Source: Octopus sinensis
Taxonomy: Eukaryota
Assembly (NCBI RefSeq): GCF_006345805.1
Contig: NC_042997.1
Location: 39,494,001-39,558,000, forward strand
Reading direction: 5' to 3'
Length of the DNA: 64,000 bases
Shown: positions 1-13,771 of the stretch, one piece after another
Layout of the letters: each line of letters starts with the position of its first letter
Numbering within the stretch: the stretch's first letter is position 1
Translations under genes and position numbers: made by a program
Notes under the pieces: model-generated
Databases searched by the model: none
Seen by the model: only the letters and a program-made list of their open reading frames with translations
What the model was told of the DNA's origin: nothing

Positions 1-552
1 TGCAAGATCTTGTTTATGTTGAATGGAATTTGTACAGATTACTAAGTAAAATGCATGAATAGAGAATTTCTTAGCATAATGATTTTTCATTGCTCTTTAA
101 TCAGTACTACAGTACTGAATTGGATAAAGTTAATGTTATAATGTTTATTATGAATGGTAAGTTAGTATTTGGAAGTTAAAACTTGGATAAGAAGTTTTAC
201 TTCTAAGAAGAAGAAGAAATAATCAAAATGTTTATACTGGATTAAAGATCTAATACAAACATTTAATTACTTTAATGTTCTTGTATTATCTTAATTTTTC
301 ATTAATGTTTTCATGCAACTCTGTAAACACATTTGGAAAAGGTTCAGTATTTTGTGAAGCCATACCATAAGACTACATGGTCAGATGTTTATGGTTTGAC
401 TTGTGGACATTGTTTTGCATAGCAGCTGTTTGATTGGTATTTGTTATGGACATTTCTATTTTTATTTTTTAAAGTTAAGGTTCATATAACTTGATTCATT
501 AACAACTTTTATAAGTTTGGTGTATGAAATTTGAGATTTCTTTTAAATTCAG

Positions 553-621
553 AGATAAAACAGAAGATCTAATGGAACTGTCCAAAGAAAAGAAGGAAGA
601 ACTATCTCAGAAAGAAAACAG
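553..621 (+). CDS. Penultimate coding exon of an unidentified + strand gene (DKTEDLMELSKEKKEELSQKEN)
   Basis: Acceptor ttttaaattcAG before 553 and donor AG|GTgaat after 621. The 69-nt exon is open, purine-rich and charged, and its phase-2 end joins the 2585 exon in frame (AG+G = Arg). Confidence 0.7.
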
Positions 622-1696
622 GTGAATTAAAAAAAAATTTTTATCATATTTTATTAGCTGATCAATGAATGAATTGTATCCTAAAAATAATTGAACTTTT
701 AAAAATGTATGTATAGTGGCTGAAAAGAGTTAGTTGATGTTCTCTATTAAACTTGTGAAAATAATTGGTAGAAAATCTGGGATATTATTCCAGACAAAGT
801 TCCAAATAGTTATAAGAAAGATGGTGGTAAATCCAAATAGTTTTGGGAAAGTTTGATTCAGAAGTTAGTTTTTGATGGGGTTGGGATGAACTGACAGTTT
901 CATAGAAGCAGAATTTTTTTTGTTGTATGAAACTAAAATAATCAAAAGTAGTTACTAGTGTGAAAATTTTGTCAGAAAGTTTATTATTTTTCTAAAATAC
1001 AGTACAGTTTATTGCTTTTTCAAGGTCTCTTATATGAAAGCAATTTTTTCATGGTGAAGTAGATTTCATTGCTTACATATTATACTTATTTGTGAATGAG
1101 ACACATTTCCCCCCCAACATTTTTAAACTTAAAAATTGTGGATGCACGTTATTTATGACACAAGTTACATCCAGTGTCAAAATTAACCAATGTATAATGA
1201 AAAGATGAAATCACTAAAATAATGTTACACTTTTCTATATAAGTGATAATATATTAGTCATTCATTTGATATATTAAGTAGACATCACACTAGCATATTG
1301 AAACTAGTCAGAGGTAAAATCTGAAACGGCAAAAAGAAAAAAAAAATTTCTATTTATAGTCTGTTATGTACTTCAGTTTGTGTATATGTGTTACAAGAAC
1401 AAACACTTAAAATTTTGTTTCAATAATCTTTTATAATAGACTTTCCAGCTGTGACCATCAGTCAATATATCATCATCATCTTTCAATATGTTAAACTGAT
1501 TTGATGAATATATAATTTATATAAAAATATTTTATTCTGCTAAATGATTTTAATGTATTAAACAGTATGTATATCACATAATCGAAAAACATTTTTTTAA
1601 TTAAAGAAATTGTCAGATCCTAAACTTCTGACAGTTAAAACAAAAAAAAAACAGACAATTTATTTTAAAAAGGAATTTAAAAAAAAGAATTTAAGC

Positions 1697-1885
1697 TAAA
1701 ACCTTTAGCATTCAGATTATTCTTTCATATGTAATGCTTATTTATTCACATTGTTTTGAATTATCTCATAGCTTTGAGATTTCACTGTTGTGGTTGTTTA
1801 TTTTCGGAATAACATGGTAGGGCAGGTATGAGAGGCTAGGACTGGCCAGTTTGAATATAAAACAGAATATTTGGGCCTGATATGT
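1697..1885. mobile_element. Partial piggyBac-like MITE
   Basis: Starts with a degenerate TTAA-CCCTTTAGCATTCAG-like terminus (taaaacctttagcattcag). The other end was not found. Confidence 0.35.
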
Positions 1886-2236
1886 AGTAATATTGACAAT
1901 ATATAGTATTATAAAAATCAAATTGATTTTCTAGATAAAAATATAATTATGAGATTTCTACTACAATGTTGACCTTATTCAACAAATGTACTTTTTATAA
2001 AATATTATACAGCAATTATAATAAATCTGGCTAAACTGTTACCAAACATCATAATATTAAATATATATGCATTCAGCATTTCATTGCCTTTAATTAGTGT
2101 TCTACATGAATGCATATTATATGCAAATAAATGTAGTACGCTTTTTAAGGAAAAAAACTTTTTACTAAGTAATGCATGAAGAGGGTATTTCTCAGATTTC
2201 AAAAGAGTTCTTTCCATTAAGAGTTTGAATGAAATA

Positions 2237-2377
2237 TTAGGTTGTCCCAAAAGTTCGTAAACACTTACGAAAATTGAATTTTTACTCGCCAAGTACTAAC
2301 AAAAACAACAAAAATTATTCCTCAAAATAAAGACAATTATTTTCCAAGACTTTCTACGAACTTTTGGGACAACCTTA
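2237..2377. mobile_element. Tc1/mariner-type MITE
   Basis: Terminal inverted repeats aggttgtcccaaaagttcgta / tacgaacttttgggacaacct, flanked by TA dinucleotides. Confidence 0.75.
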
Positions 2378-2584
2378 TATGTGATTCAGTTTTCAAAACT
2401 AAATTTACCTGGGAATAGAACCTCTAAGGAAAATACTCTGAGTTAATGTAAATTTTATTGAATAAGTTTAAAAGTATTTTTTTAACATTTTAAATTGAAA
2501 AGTTGTTTTTTTTTATAAAGAAAAAGATTGACTATTAACTGATAATTTGTTAATTATTCTATTTGTTTTTTTTTTTTTTGACAG

Positions 2585-2729
2585 GGTAACCAACCTGGTG
2601 CATAAGATCTCCAATTCTCCCAGGAAAGAAAGAGCTTTGAAAATTTACACCGAAGATTTAAAATCGACCAGACTTTTGCCATCTCCTGTAGTTCCCTCTG
2701 CTGCTGGTGCTGCTTCTGGGCTAGACTAG
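2585..2729 (+). CDS. Terminal coding exon of the same gene (R-VTNLVHKISNSPRKERALKIYTEDLKSTRLLPSPVVPSAAGAASGLD*)
   Basis: Strong poly-T tract plus gacAG acceptor at 2583-2584. Phase is compatible with exon 553-621. TAG stop at 2727-2729, followed by about 3 kb of AT-rich, TE-poor, 3'UTR-like sequence with AATAAA candidates (e.g. ~3852, ~4494). Confidence 0.7.
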
Positions 2730-5700
2730 TATAATAATAATATCAATAATAATAATAATGAGTTGCTGATCTTCATTTGTCTGTCTTCTCTTGTGATGTA
2801 AATAGAAACAGAATGAGAAGAAAAAAAAAACCGACAGTGTTATAAACTGTTAAAAAGAACATGTTCTGGTTGTTGTGCAATGACTATATTTCCTTCCTTA
2901 GCTTTTGAATGGATGTTTCTGCTTCATTTTAAAGAGATTTCTGCCCTTTTGATCTTTCCTCGATTCTTTTCTTTCCTTTTACTCGCAGGGAATGACAATA
3001 CAACTTTATGAAGCAGTTGCTGTCTTCGCAGCAATAATCCAGTAGTTTATTGTTATATTATAAAGGAAATATCTCTGATGTTTTCGTATCTTTTCCATTG
3101 CAAATCCTGATGTACATAGGTTCTATGTGCATTTGAAACTTACTATTAATGAATAGCTTTTATTTGTGAAATCCCATGCCATAATTGAACTCTCAATGAA
3201 ACAACAAAATAGCAATATTTTAAATGCATGCATACATAATGTGCTAATGTATATGCACACACAAACACACACATTCGTGTGCATGCACACACACACATAC
3301 TTATGCATAACATTCTTACATCAAACAAGCAAATGTTAATTTTGACCAATAGAAATTAGTTTGTTTCACTTTCACTTTCTGTTGGAATGAACCAGAGGTT
3401 GCAAAGAAGTCTGTCCAAGTATCAATGCCTAATTCTTCCCCCCAACAATTATTTATTTTATTTTTCATTAAAAAAAAAAGTTGTCTGTGATTGATTGTAT
3501 ATTAAGAAACAGGCAGATTAACTCTGAGATCATTAGACTCACAGTTGCTTAGCATATTTTTAATAATTTGCAAGGTACAATTGCTTTACAAACCAACTGG
3601 TTAATCTGTTATTTAGTAACTGGATTGTGTGATCTTACCTTTATAGGTAATGTTTTAGATTGTCTATTGAGGAAAAAAAACCCCCCCAAAAAACGTGGTA
3701 GCTGCTACAGACATTTCAACCTGATTGTTAATCTGTACAGATGAAATTGAATTGCTTTTCCTTTATACTGTATATTTTGTTTTGGTTGCTTTAGCAATGA
3801 CTGTTGTTGTACTTTTGTTGTTATTAGTTTTACAGTATGTGTTTTAAAGTAAATAAAAACCCACTATTTGAGTACTGCTGCCATTAGTCTAGAAAATTAG
3901 ACAAATTTATTATTGTTAAATTTTGAGGTGATAGCAACTTTAATATATATTATATTATATATCATTATTTCACCCTCACCTTTTCAACCCGTTCACTTCT
4001 CTCTTTCAAATCTGTGTGTGTGTGTACATACATATATACACACATATATATATATATATATATATGTGTGTGCAAATACACATGCAATATGAATTACTGG
4101 TGTGTTAAGTGTTCCATTATTTTGTTGCTACAATGCACTGTAGAACTTATAGGTTTTTCAGTCAGCACTGCATGTAATGACAACTGTAAACAGCCTGCCT
4201 GTACTATGTGCGTGCGGGCAAAACTGTATATCCCTATCCATTGAAAGCACTTGTATACATATCTATCTAAACATAATCTCTTGTATAACTATTTACATAA
4301 TGCGAAAGCAAAAGTTCTTATTCAGTTAAATATTTACTGGTGGATGTGCCTGTTAAGCAGCTGTGTGTAACATTTATGAAATCTTCTAGAAGATAAAAAA
4401 AAAGTATGGGATTGATTGCTAGGTTGTTGTGAAACGTTGAACTCAATTCGGGATAGACAAATAAATAGGTGAAAAAAAAAAATCCCTCCAGTGAATAAAA
4501 AAGGGTTAAATGACATGTTTTACTTCTACATTTGTTTTGAGTCTCTTGTGCCTGTTAGTGTATGTCTTGAATACAACATGACTGTATTACAGAACTGAGA
4601 TATTGTTATGATTAATGAAGAAAGTAAGATCATTACAGTGGATATAAAATTTTGAAATAATTTGGTTCAAATGTGTTAACCGCTTTGCCAATTACTCTAT
4701 TGTCTAGTAAATATTATTTGAACTATTAGTTTTGTTGTTGTTTTTTTTTTCCTCTCATTTCAACTGCTGTAATCCCAATCATCCTCATGTTATATTATTA
4801 TGTTGTATAGTCTCCTGTATTCTACTTTAATTCCAAAATAAATAAAATGAAATATATAGTAAAAATAAAAAAAAAAAAAAGACCCTTATAAACCCGAGAC
4901 TATTAGGATAAATTTTTATATGAACTTGAGGATAATTGTAAATTGCTCCAGCTGAAATTTGTAACAAAAAACAACAATAAAATGTTAAGTTCACTAATAA
5001 TCTGAATATTTTCATGCTTTGTTTTTAAAAATTACTCAAATGCAACTCTCTGTTGCCTTAATCTTAGTATAACAACCTTGGCTTTTTCTACAAGGAACCG
5101 TTTAATTGATATATGAAATGTTTATGATCAAATTACTATTCACACACTTGATTGGTTAAGAAGACCTCATTGCTTGGCTTTTTTCATATTTCATTGCATA
5201 ACTTCCTTTCAGAAGAGATTGTGCTCATTGACTGGCATGTATTATTTTGTTCATCTCTGGAAATAGATGGTTGCTGAACACTTATCTAGAGGAACAATGA
5301 AGGTGTTGCAAAGGTTTTACAAGTTCAATTCTTGGATCTAGTTATTTAAGTGTATATAAAAATATGGCATCTGAAGATGCTCTGATAGACTAATTGCTAC
5401 ATTTGTGTAAATAAAAATACAAAATATCCACGTAATCTGCTGTATTAAACTTTATTTAATGTATTGTAACAATTTCTGTAACAAAAACAATCTAATGCTC
5501 AGAACTTAGCAATATTTAAAAGTTGCTTTTTACCTCACCATATTAATGCTGTGATTTTGTTATTTGGATGATGGAGTCATTTATTATTTCCTTTACATAC
5601 TGTGTTTCCATCATCTTCTCTCTCTTGTGTGTGATATAATAATTTTCAGGAGATTGTGTGATGATCAAGTGGACTGGGATGTGGAATTTCACCTATTAAT

Positions 5701-6010
5701 TTATTCAAATATTATACCTTTTTAATCACCTTGTGTACGATGCAATTTGTGTGAATTTTACTGTGTATGATAGTCTTCTTGAAGTAAAAACCAACAGAGG
5801 CATTGGCCAGTCAAGTTATCAGCAATAAGTCGATAGGGTGATGGAGGATATAAATGCCAGGAAAGTAGCTGACCCATCAGAAATTGTCATTGCGATGCTT
5901 AGAATATCTGAAGTAGGACAGAAATAGTTGCAGAAATAGTCAATACTAGCATGGAAGGTGGATGTTAAATGATGATGATGTAATACAGAAAGATATTATA
6001 TTCAATGACT

Positions 6011-6222
6011 TATGAGGGAACGCTGGAAAGTTTTGGGTATCACGAAAGGCCTGGCTGGAGGTGCAACCCTCCAAGTTCTTTTACAGGGCTTAGAAAAACT
6101 GCAGGAACACTGCAGTAAATGTGTGAACCTGTGAGGGGAATATGTTAAATAAAATCGTGATTAACTGATCCTTCTGTATTTTTTCTTACCCAAAACCAGG
6201 AACTTTTCAGCACCCAGTTGTA
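6011..6222. mobile_element. Mariner-like MITE nested in the RTE LINE
   Basis: Imperfect TIRs (tatgagggaacgctggaaagtt / aacttttcagcacccagttgta). Same family, opposite orientation, as 14295-14924. Confidence 0.6.
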
Positions 6223-6430
6223 TATAACAGTATTATTGTAAACTGTTACAAAGCTAAAGGAGATGTACTAGAGAAGGAGAACTACAGGAGCATCAAAGTG
6301 TTGGACTATGTCATGAAAGTTACAGAAAGTTATTGCAAAATTGATTTAGTTAATATGCTGTTTGGCTTTATACCAAGAAGAGGTACTACCAATGCCATCT
6401 TCCTTGTAATCTAACTGTAAGAGAAATACT

Positions 6431-6953
6431 GCGTCCATGCTGCCAACAAAGCACGCGGAGTTCTGTTCTTGATTTGACGGTCATTCGGAATGCTCATAGC
6501 AGCCATATTCCTACCGCTCTATGTCACATATTCCTACCACTCTTTCTTATGAAGAAAGGCTGAAGACGCTCGACCTTTATTCTCTAGAAAAACGACGACG
6601 CCGTGGTGATCTCATTCTTGCTCACAACATCATAAGCGGAAAGTGTATCCTCTCGAAAGAGCTGTTCTTCACTCCTGTTCCAGAGCGTCGGCTGCGGGGT
6701 CATTCCGAAGCTCTATCTGCAACGATTTCATCTCAATCGAAGGAGAGGGGCTTTCTCCGGCCGGGTTGCGGATCCGTGGAATAAGCTGCCAGACGAGATG
6801 GTGAAGATGCAGACGACCGCTCGGTTCAAAGTCTCCCTTGACCACAAGTGGCCTGAACTCTTTGCATGAACACCACCCTGTACATAACTCCATGTCCCTC
6901 TACATGGCCTTGCTTTTTGCTTTTTGAACCAAAAAACTAACTAACTAACTAAC
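6431..6953 (+). mobile_element. CR1/L2-group LINE 3' fragment inserted in the RTE LINE
   Basis: Translation LSYEERLKTLDLYSLEKRRRRGDLILAHNIISG...RRLRGHS...RVADPWNKLPDEMV is typical of a CR1 ORF2 C-terminus. Ends in a (CTAA)n tail. Confidence 0.75.
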
Positions 6954-9495
6954 TTAGCTAGTATCCATAGATTTATTAAAAACCTTTAGTAAAGGCTCAC
7001 ACTCTGACATCTGGTAGGCATGACTGGCTAGTGAGGACCGTACAAGCTATGGACAGAAATGCAGTCAGCAACGGAATGAGTTAACAATACATACAATGAT
7101 GACTTTGAGCAACGTGAGGGGAGCATCAGTGCTTTGCCCTCAGCTTTCTGCTTATTGTAGTCCTTCAAGCCATAACATAAGTTTAAGGCTAACTGTCTGG
7201 GAACACATATGTTGGTAACCTTGATCTTATACCAGAATCTGAGGAAGATTTAGAGAAATTCTAGACATGGAAGCTTCAACTGGAATTGAAAGGCTTTGAA
7301 GTAAACTTGGCCAAGATTAAAGTTATGCTGAGTAGAAAAGATGGTTTTGCTGCTATCAAGGAAAGGGATGTGCTCAGCATGCAGTAAAGGAGTAGAAAGA
7401 AACTGTACACAGGATGCTTAGTGTAGACAATGGACTCACAAGAGGTGCTGTGGGATTACAGATAGACTAAAAGCAAAGGTGTCCTTGACAAGCATGATGA
7501 ACACTTGATGAATTGATTCCCTCAACTGCTCAGAAGGATCCTAGAAATAGTTTGTTACTTGGTAACTAACTGATAGGAGGGATGGGTGCTTTGAAAGCAT
7601 ACTAGCTATAGTAAGAATGAGATAGAAAAAGCCAGAGAACTATAAACTACTGCTGGCAAAGAAAGGTTTCTCTTCAGAGTGAAGGACAAAGTGTATGATG
7701 TTTGTTTGCAAATGGTAGTGGAATGTGGATGCTGTATTTGTGGAGGTTCGAAAGAAATGAGGCAAGTTTGTTTTGCTGGATGTGTAATGTCAGTGCATGA
7801 ACAGCATTGTACAAATGACCCGAGAGAAAAGTTATTATAAGAAGAATGAAATCTAGTTTGTAAGGGAGAAGACTGATGGTGTGGGCATGGGAATGACGAC
7901 AAGCTGCATCAAAAGTGTTAAGGGCTCAAAGTGGATGAAACTTCAGGTAGCACAGCACCTAGAAAGAAATGGAATGAAGTGGTGAAAACTGATTTTGTGA
8001 TGCTGGACCTCAGAAAAGAGATGTCGGTTGGTGACAGGCAAGCATGGTGGACAGAAAACCAGCCAAGGGAGCGCTGGTGGTTGGGACGCTCTCACTTCAC
8101 ATCCTCTTTGCTTGGTGTGCTTTCGCAGCATTCATCCTCTGTTCTTCCCCTCTACTTCTATGGAACTCTAAAGCCACACTCTTCTCCTTTATGGCCAACC
8201 TCCATGACTCCCCACACACCTCTCTTTCCTTCAGTGGTCCTCTCCCCACATCTCTGCAGGTCCACGTTGCTCATTTCTTTTATGCCCCTCTTCCCAACTT
8301 CCTGCTCATGATCACCCTACTCAGCCAACCCCGTCACCCTTACTACTCTGTCCCTTTCTCACCCTGCCACACATCCCTCCTGTTTCTTATATACCCTCAC
8401 ATCAGAATATACTTTGTTACCACCCTCTTGCAGTACTAAGTGTGCTCCTCAATACATTAACCTCTCATAACCTTACCTCACCTGCTGCTATTCTCATTTT
8501 GATAATGGTGGTTCTTTAGCCTTGTAATTGACGAAGTGACCTTGCTAGTTCTGGTTCCATGCAAAAAGTTTCTAGTACACTCTGTAAAGTGGTTAGCATT
8601 AGGAAGGCCATTCAACCATAGAAAGCATGACAAAACAGATATTGGAGCAAGCTGGGGTCCTCTATCCTGTTGGACAATCCAACCCATGCCAGCATGGGAA
8701 ACGGTTGAAAAATGATGATGATATATAGGTATGTATGAAAACTTCAATAAAAAAATCAGTGCAACTAGGAATGCAAATGAAGTTCAATAAAAGCTATACA
8801 GATTCCTGTAGAGTGAATAGTTATATTTTACAGATATAGATTTAGCTATGAATTATTGCTATTAATAATTCCAAAAGCTTTTTGGAAACTGCTGAAACTG
8901 TAAATCTGTTATAGGATGATTTAAGTAAGACAAATGCAAGATCTGTGAAGAGGACAAATCCAGTATAGGGACAACTATCTAGCAACTGTGTATGGGACAT
9001 AGAAATACTTAGGACTGTGAGTGAGTGCACTGTAAGATGACTCGGGGTAGTGATAAGCCATTGGAAGAAGGAAAACCCTGAATTCAAACCCTTGCTATAT
9101 TGTGGGACTCTTTGAAGGAGTTGGAGTACTCTGGCATAAATCTTGAAATGTTGGTATATGGTTGGTTTATCTTTGTGGCATCAGAAACTCCTTGCCTTAC
9201 TCAAAAAATGGATTGCATGTAGTACAATCTCAGTTCATTATAAGCAAACTTATGCACAAGTACCTTTTTGGAATGTGTCATGCTCATGTGATTTCCAACT
9301 CTAGTGGGATATTTTTTCTCAAGCCCTTTGGCAACAGGGTGGTTTTGATGGTGTGTTTAAATTTAACTGACTAGAAGTATGTAATTAAAACACTGTTCAT
9401 GGGTGGGCTTGAGAGGTTACCATGCTGTTCAGGAATTGAGGTTATTCACATTTGAAAGTGAACAGACAATCATCACATATATATATATATATATA

Positions 9496-9884
9496 CTAGC
9501 AGTATCACCCGGTGTTGCTTGGGTTTGTTTCAACCCTTTAGAATTGGAATTTTTGAAAAGTAAAAATTTTGCATTATGCAACTTGTTATTCTCTTCAAGT
9601 GAAAATTTTTCCAGTTGAAATACACTGAAAAATGGTGACACAGCAGTCAAAAATCGTAAAAAATAGGGATTTTCATTGAAAAAAAGTACCTTTTTGATGT
9701 AAATAATTTTTGGTGTTAACATGGTCCGATTTGAATTTTATCTTCTACAGAATGAAGAGCAAGCCTTCTTCTATCATACTCTCAATTTTAGTCAACTTGC
9801 GCTGGAGGGTCTCGAAGGAGATAGTGTTAGTTGAAGGCTACCAAACCTGCCACACACAGACAACTTCAGCTTTATATATATAGA
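9496..9884 (-). mobile_element. Non-autonomous Helitron-like element
   Basis: The - strand starts TCTATATATATAAAG and ends with hairpin cccaagcaacaccggg followed by CTAG. Same 3' terminus as 49991-50496 and 52852-53246. Confidence 0.7.
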
Positions 9885-9929
9885 TTTGCTACACACTACT
9901 TGCCATCCTTAATAATGAAACTTGGTAGA

Positions 9930-10577
9930 TCCAAAAGTTAAACACACAGACACACACATAGATACACACACAGACACACAAGTTGAGTTTTATATATATA
10001 GATTTCTCAACGGGGATTTCAGGGGAGAGTTTCAGGGAGTCGCTGGCGATGTATCGTGATGATCAAAAATCTGGCCTGCTAAAATTTGGTTAAAGTGATT
10101 CAAACTGCAGACTCAACGCAAAATGGTCACATTTAATTCAAAGCGTTAAAAATGTTATGAAAACAATTGGTATGTGTTCACAAAGTCCAAACGATTAATA
10201 CGAAAAAACCCTCCAGGCTACATCCCGAAAATGAATTTCTTTGCCAAATTTCTACAATGTTTACGGCGATTCGTTTTTATATTTTGATTTTTTATTTTTC
10301 ATGCAATTTACGCATGCTTGCACGCGTGGTGAACACAGTTCACGTCAAACAGCTGACTGAGTAAAGTTCACTATTCAATGCATGGGACAAGGCCTAAACA
10401 AACACATTATCGATTTTTGCACTTGCGAGATGAATTTCGGAACAGAAATAGCGCAGTTCTATTTTCATTCGCCTAAACTTTAAGTGACCCATTTTTGGTG
10501 GTTCTACGATTTGTTGGCTAGGAGATGTGCCGGGAAGTTAAACACAGACACACAAGTTGAGTTTTATATATATAGAT
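9930..10577 (-). mobile_element. Two truncated Helitron-like 5' ends
   Basis: Repeated terminus tctatatatataaaactcaacttgtgtgtctgtgt on the - strand at ~10003 and ~10577. Confidence 0.5.
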
Positions 10578-10821
10578 ATATATATATATAGTTAATCCAA
10601 ACATGAAAACACAAAGAGAAAACGCGAAGACGTGGAACAAGTATAGTGTTATTGGATGCTCAGGAAAGGAAAGAAAGAAGGAGGATTTAACATTTTGAGC
10701 GGAGCTCTTTGTCAGAAACATAGGAAAAGGAAAGATCCAAGGAAGGGAAGACGGAGGAAAAAAATCGCCAACGGTACACATGCGGTCACATTTTGAATAT
10801 ATATATATAAATAATCTGTGA

Positions 10822-11071
10822 GTGGAGGCATGTGGCTTAGTGGTTAGGGTGTCAGCATCATGATCATAAGATTGTAGTTTCGATTCCTGGACTGGGCGAT
10901 GCGTTGTGTTCTTGAGCAAGACGCTTCATTTCACTTTGCTCCAGTCCACTCAGCTGGCAAAAGTGAGTAACACTGCGATGGACTAGCATCTTGTCTAGCT
11001 GGGGAACACATACGCCATAGAAACCAGGAAACCATGCCCATGAGCCTGGCTAGGCTTTAAAAAGGGCACAT
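10822..11071 (+). mobile_element. tRNA-derived SINE (family B)
   Basis: A box tggcttagtgg, B box gtttcgattcc and a conserved central domain. Second copy at 51647-51878. Confidence 0.75.
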
Positions 11072-11144
11072 TTATTATTTATATGTATATATGTATATGT
11101 ATTGTGATGGAAATCAACTCAATAAATAGTATGACCATTGCCTG

Positions 11145-11900
11145 TTAATGAGCTGCAAAATGAAGATGACATTTTAGTTCAGCTGATGATCTACAGCATT
11201 TACCATGACTATGAAATAAATATTTCTTTGTGAAGTACAACATAGAATCATGACATTTGGCATTGTGTACAAACAATTGTCTTGTCAGACAACCAATAGG
11301 AAGATAATGCTTATTATATGATTGGCAGATATGCATTCCTTCAGGTGGGAAAGATTTATAATTAGCTTGCTTTAGTTCATGTTCCCTTGAGCTGTTAATA
11401 AGACCAGCCTTAGGTAGACAAATCTGGTTACAAATTGAACATTTAAAATTTTTTTTTTTACATCTATGAGGTTGCATTTCCTTGCATCCTGTTTTAATTT
11501 TCGGTGTTGAATGTGATACTCTTCAAAATACATGGATGCATTGAGTATAGTTTTTCTTCATGTTGCCTCTTCAATTGCAGTTATTTCCCCACTCTGTGTG
11601 GATGTTACCTTTTATTTTTTTTTGTTCAGATCAGATTCAAGGCAGTCTTTGTAGCTTAACTTTGGTTTGTAAAGAAGTTTTTCCCAGAACATAGTTTTCC
11701 ATAGAGTTGACACTAAGAATTTCTTTCATCTTCCATACAGACTACAAGTAAGCAAAAGATCTCTGCTTACGGTATTGGTTTACCACAAGACCTTGACATC
11801 ATTCGTATCTTTCCAAGATGTATGCAAAAATTTGCCAAAGACACTTTTGCAGAAAACACTCCCACTGTTTAACATGGGTTGAATATAATGTCCATTTTCC
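11145..11900 (-). mobile_element. Degraded RTE/BovB-like LINE 3' region with C2H2-like motifs
   Basis: Decayed MEDER...LYG.L...KPKL.YKDC motif followed by CSICNQICLPKAGLINSSREH zinc-finger-like tail. Confidence 0.5.
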
Positions 11901-12012
11901 ACAGTCATACTACAAAACATGCTTTGAAAATACATATTTGAGTGTCATTATTTTAATATTGATATCATTGAAAATTAATATCTTCACTAAGGTCTTGACA
12001 AATATGAAAGAT

Positions 12013-12419
12013 AGGCACAGGAGTGGCTGTGTGGTAAGTAGCTTGTCTACCAACCACATGATTCCGGGTTCAGTCCCACTGCGTGGCACCTTGGGCAAGT
12101 GTCTTCTACTATAGCCTTGGGCCGACCAAAGCCTTGTCAGTGGATTTGGTAGACGGAAACTGAAAGAAGCCCGTCGTATATATGCATATATATATATGCA
12201 TGTGTGTGTTTGTGTGTCTGTGTTTGTCCCCCTAGCAGTGCTTGACAACCGATGCTGGTGTGTTTATGTCCCTGTTACTTAGCGGTTCGGCAAAAGAAAC
12301 CGATAGAATAAGTACTGGGCTTCCAAAGAATAAGTCCTGGGGTCGAGTTGCTCGACTAAAGGCGGTGCTCCAGCATGGCCACAGTCAAATGACTGAAACA
12401 AGTAAAAGAGTAAAGAGTA
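12013..12419 (+). mobile_element. tRNA-derived SINE (family A) with internal (TA/TG)n tract
   Basis: A box tggctgtgtgg, B box gggttcagtcc and (gtaaaaga)n tail. Near-identical copies at 14371, 39258 and 13772 (-). Confidence 0.85.
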
Positions 12420-13354
12420 TATACTATCTATTTATCTATCCATCTACTTACCTATCTACTCTCCTATCCATTCAACCATCCATCAATCTGTTGAGTTCCA
12501 TTATAATGAATATTGACATAATGACTTTATCAATTGTTCAGAGTTGGCAGTGTGGGGCAGGATGTTTATTGTATCACTATTTTAGTAGTATCAAATGTTA
12601 CCAAATTGTTTGATGAGGGCATTTGAAATTAGTAATCTAAAGAATATTGGATTGGACTTGCTGTCACTTCTAACAATGCCTCTACTCTTCATAATTAGCT
12701 AACTGTACACTATTTTTCTTTTTACCTGCTCACATCTATCTATTCTGCTTTTGTCACTTCTATCTCTCCACTATTCACTTTTTCAGATTCTTCCAACCTA
12801 GAATGTCGACCCTTCCCCCCCCCCCTATTATTTCTGCAGACATCGGTGTGCAGATGTTCAAACAAACAGTTACAATTTCAATCTTACTTATTAAAAAAAC
12901 AAAACAAAATGAGGGCCTAAAAAGTTTAGCTGATGAGTATAAGGTCATCAAAGCTGAGCGCCTCTTTACATTTATATCATTTACATAAGTATTGCTTAAA
13001 ATTCTTTAAAAAAGAGGAGTTGGGATTTATCCAAAGTTAGTGATATTAATGTTTCCTACTAGGAATTGACATTTGGCAATGTATTCAGTTTACATAATCT
13101 TAATGTGTAAGAATAGACAAATAGATGTTCATGAATAAAAAGAAATCATTGCTCTTAACTTACTCCATCTCAAAGTAAACAGATTCAAATCTGATGGGCA
13201 CCAGATAAAAAAGAAAAAAGAGCCCACATTTTTGTTCTCTCATCAATGAAAAGTGCCATTTGATTCTTCTTCCATCACTTCCACCTATTTCTGCTTATTA
13301 CACTATATTACACTTACTATGTGACAAGAATTTTAACAATATATTTCAGTTGTA

Positions 13355-13582
13355 TTAACCCTTTCGTTACCACCTCAGCTGAAACCGGTTCTGGCTCCAA
13401 GTACAAATGTCTTGTTTTCATAAGTTTTGAATAAAAATTTTCAACCAAACCTTAGTCACAATATATGTTCCTAACACTAGCTGAATGATAACTAAGTTAT
13501 TTTACTAAATCCTTTGTTATATTTAAAGTAATTGAAAGAAACACAGAGCATCTCAAAATAAATACAGTAATGAAAGAGTTTA
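13355..13582. mobile_element. piggyBac-like MITE
   Basis: TTAA-CCCTTTCGTTAC ... GTAATGAAAGAG-TTTA imperfect TIRs with a TTAA-type target. Confidence 0.65.
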
Positions 13583-13768
13583 GGTAGTAAGTTGGCAGAA
13601 TTTTTAGCATGCCAAACAAAATGCTTTAGTGGTATTTTGGCTGTCTTTATATTCTGAGTTCAAAATCTGCTGAGGTCGACTTTGCCTGTCATCCTTTCAG
13701 AGAAATGAAATAAATTACTTGTGGAGTACTGGGGTTGATGTAACCGACTAACACCCTCCCCCAAATTT
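13583..13768 (+). mobile_element. tRNA-derived SINE (family C), degraded
   Basis: gttggcagaa...gagttcaaa...gaggtcgactttgcct.tcatccttt. Same family as 16341-16551 and 55725-55957. Confidence 0.65.
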
Positions 13769-13771
13769 TTA

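Larger units (their letters stand above)
5800..8722 (+). mobile_element. Degraded RTE-clade LINE (RT region plus 3' UTR), interrupted by a mariner MITE and a CR1-like fragment
   Basis: Decayed RT-like translation (e.g. SIIVNCYKAKGDVLEKENYRSIKVLDYVMKVTE at ~6228-6330; PRKKWNEVVKTD near 7960). The 3' end ...aacccatgccagcatgg...tgatgatg matches the RTE copy at 61733-64000. Confidence 0.7.
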
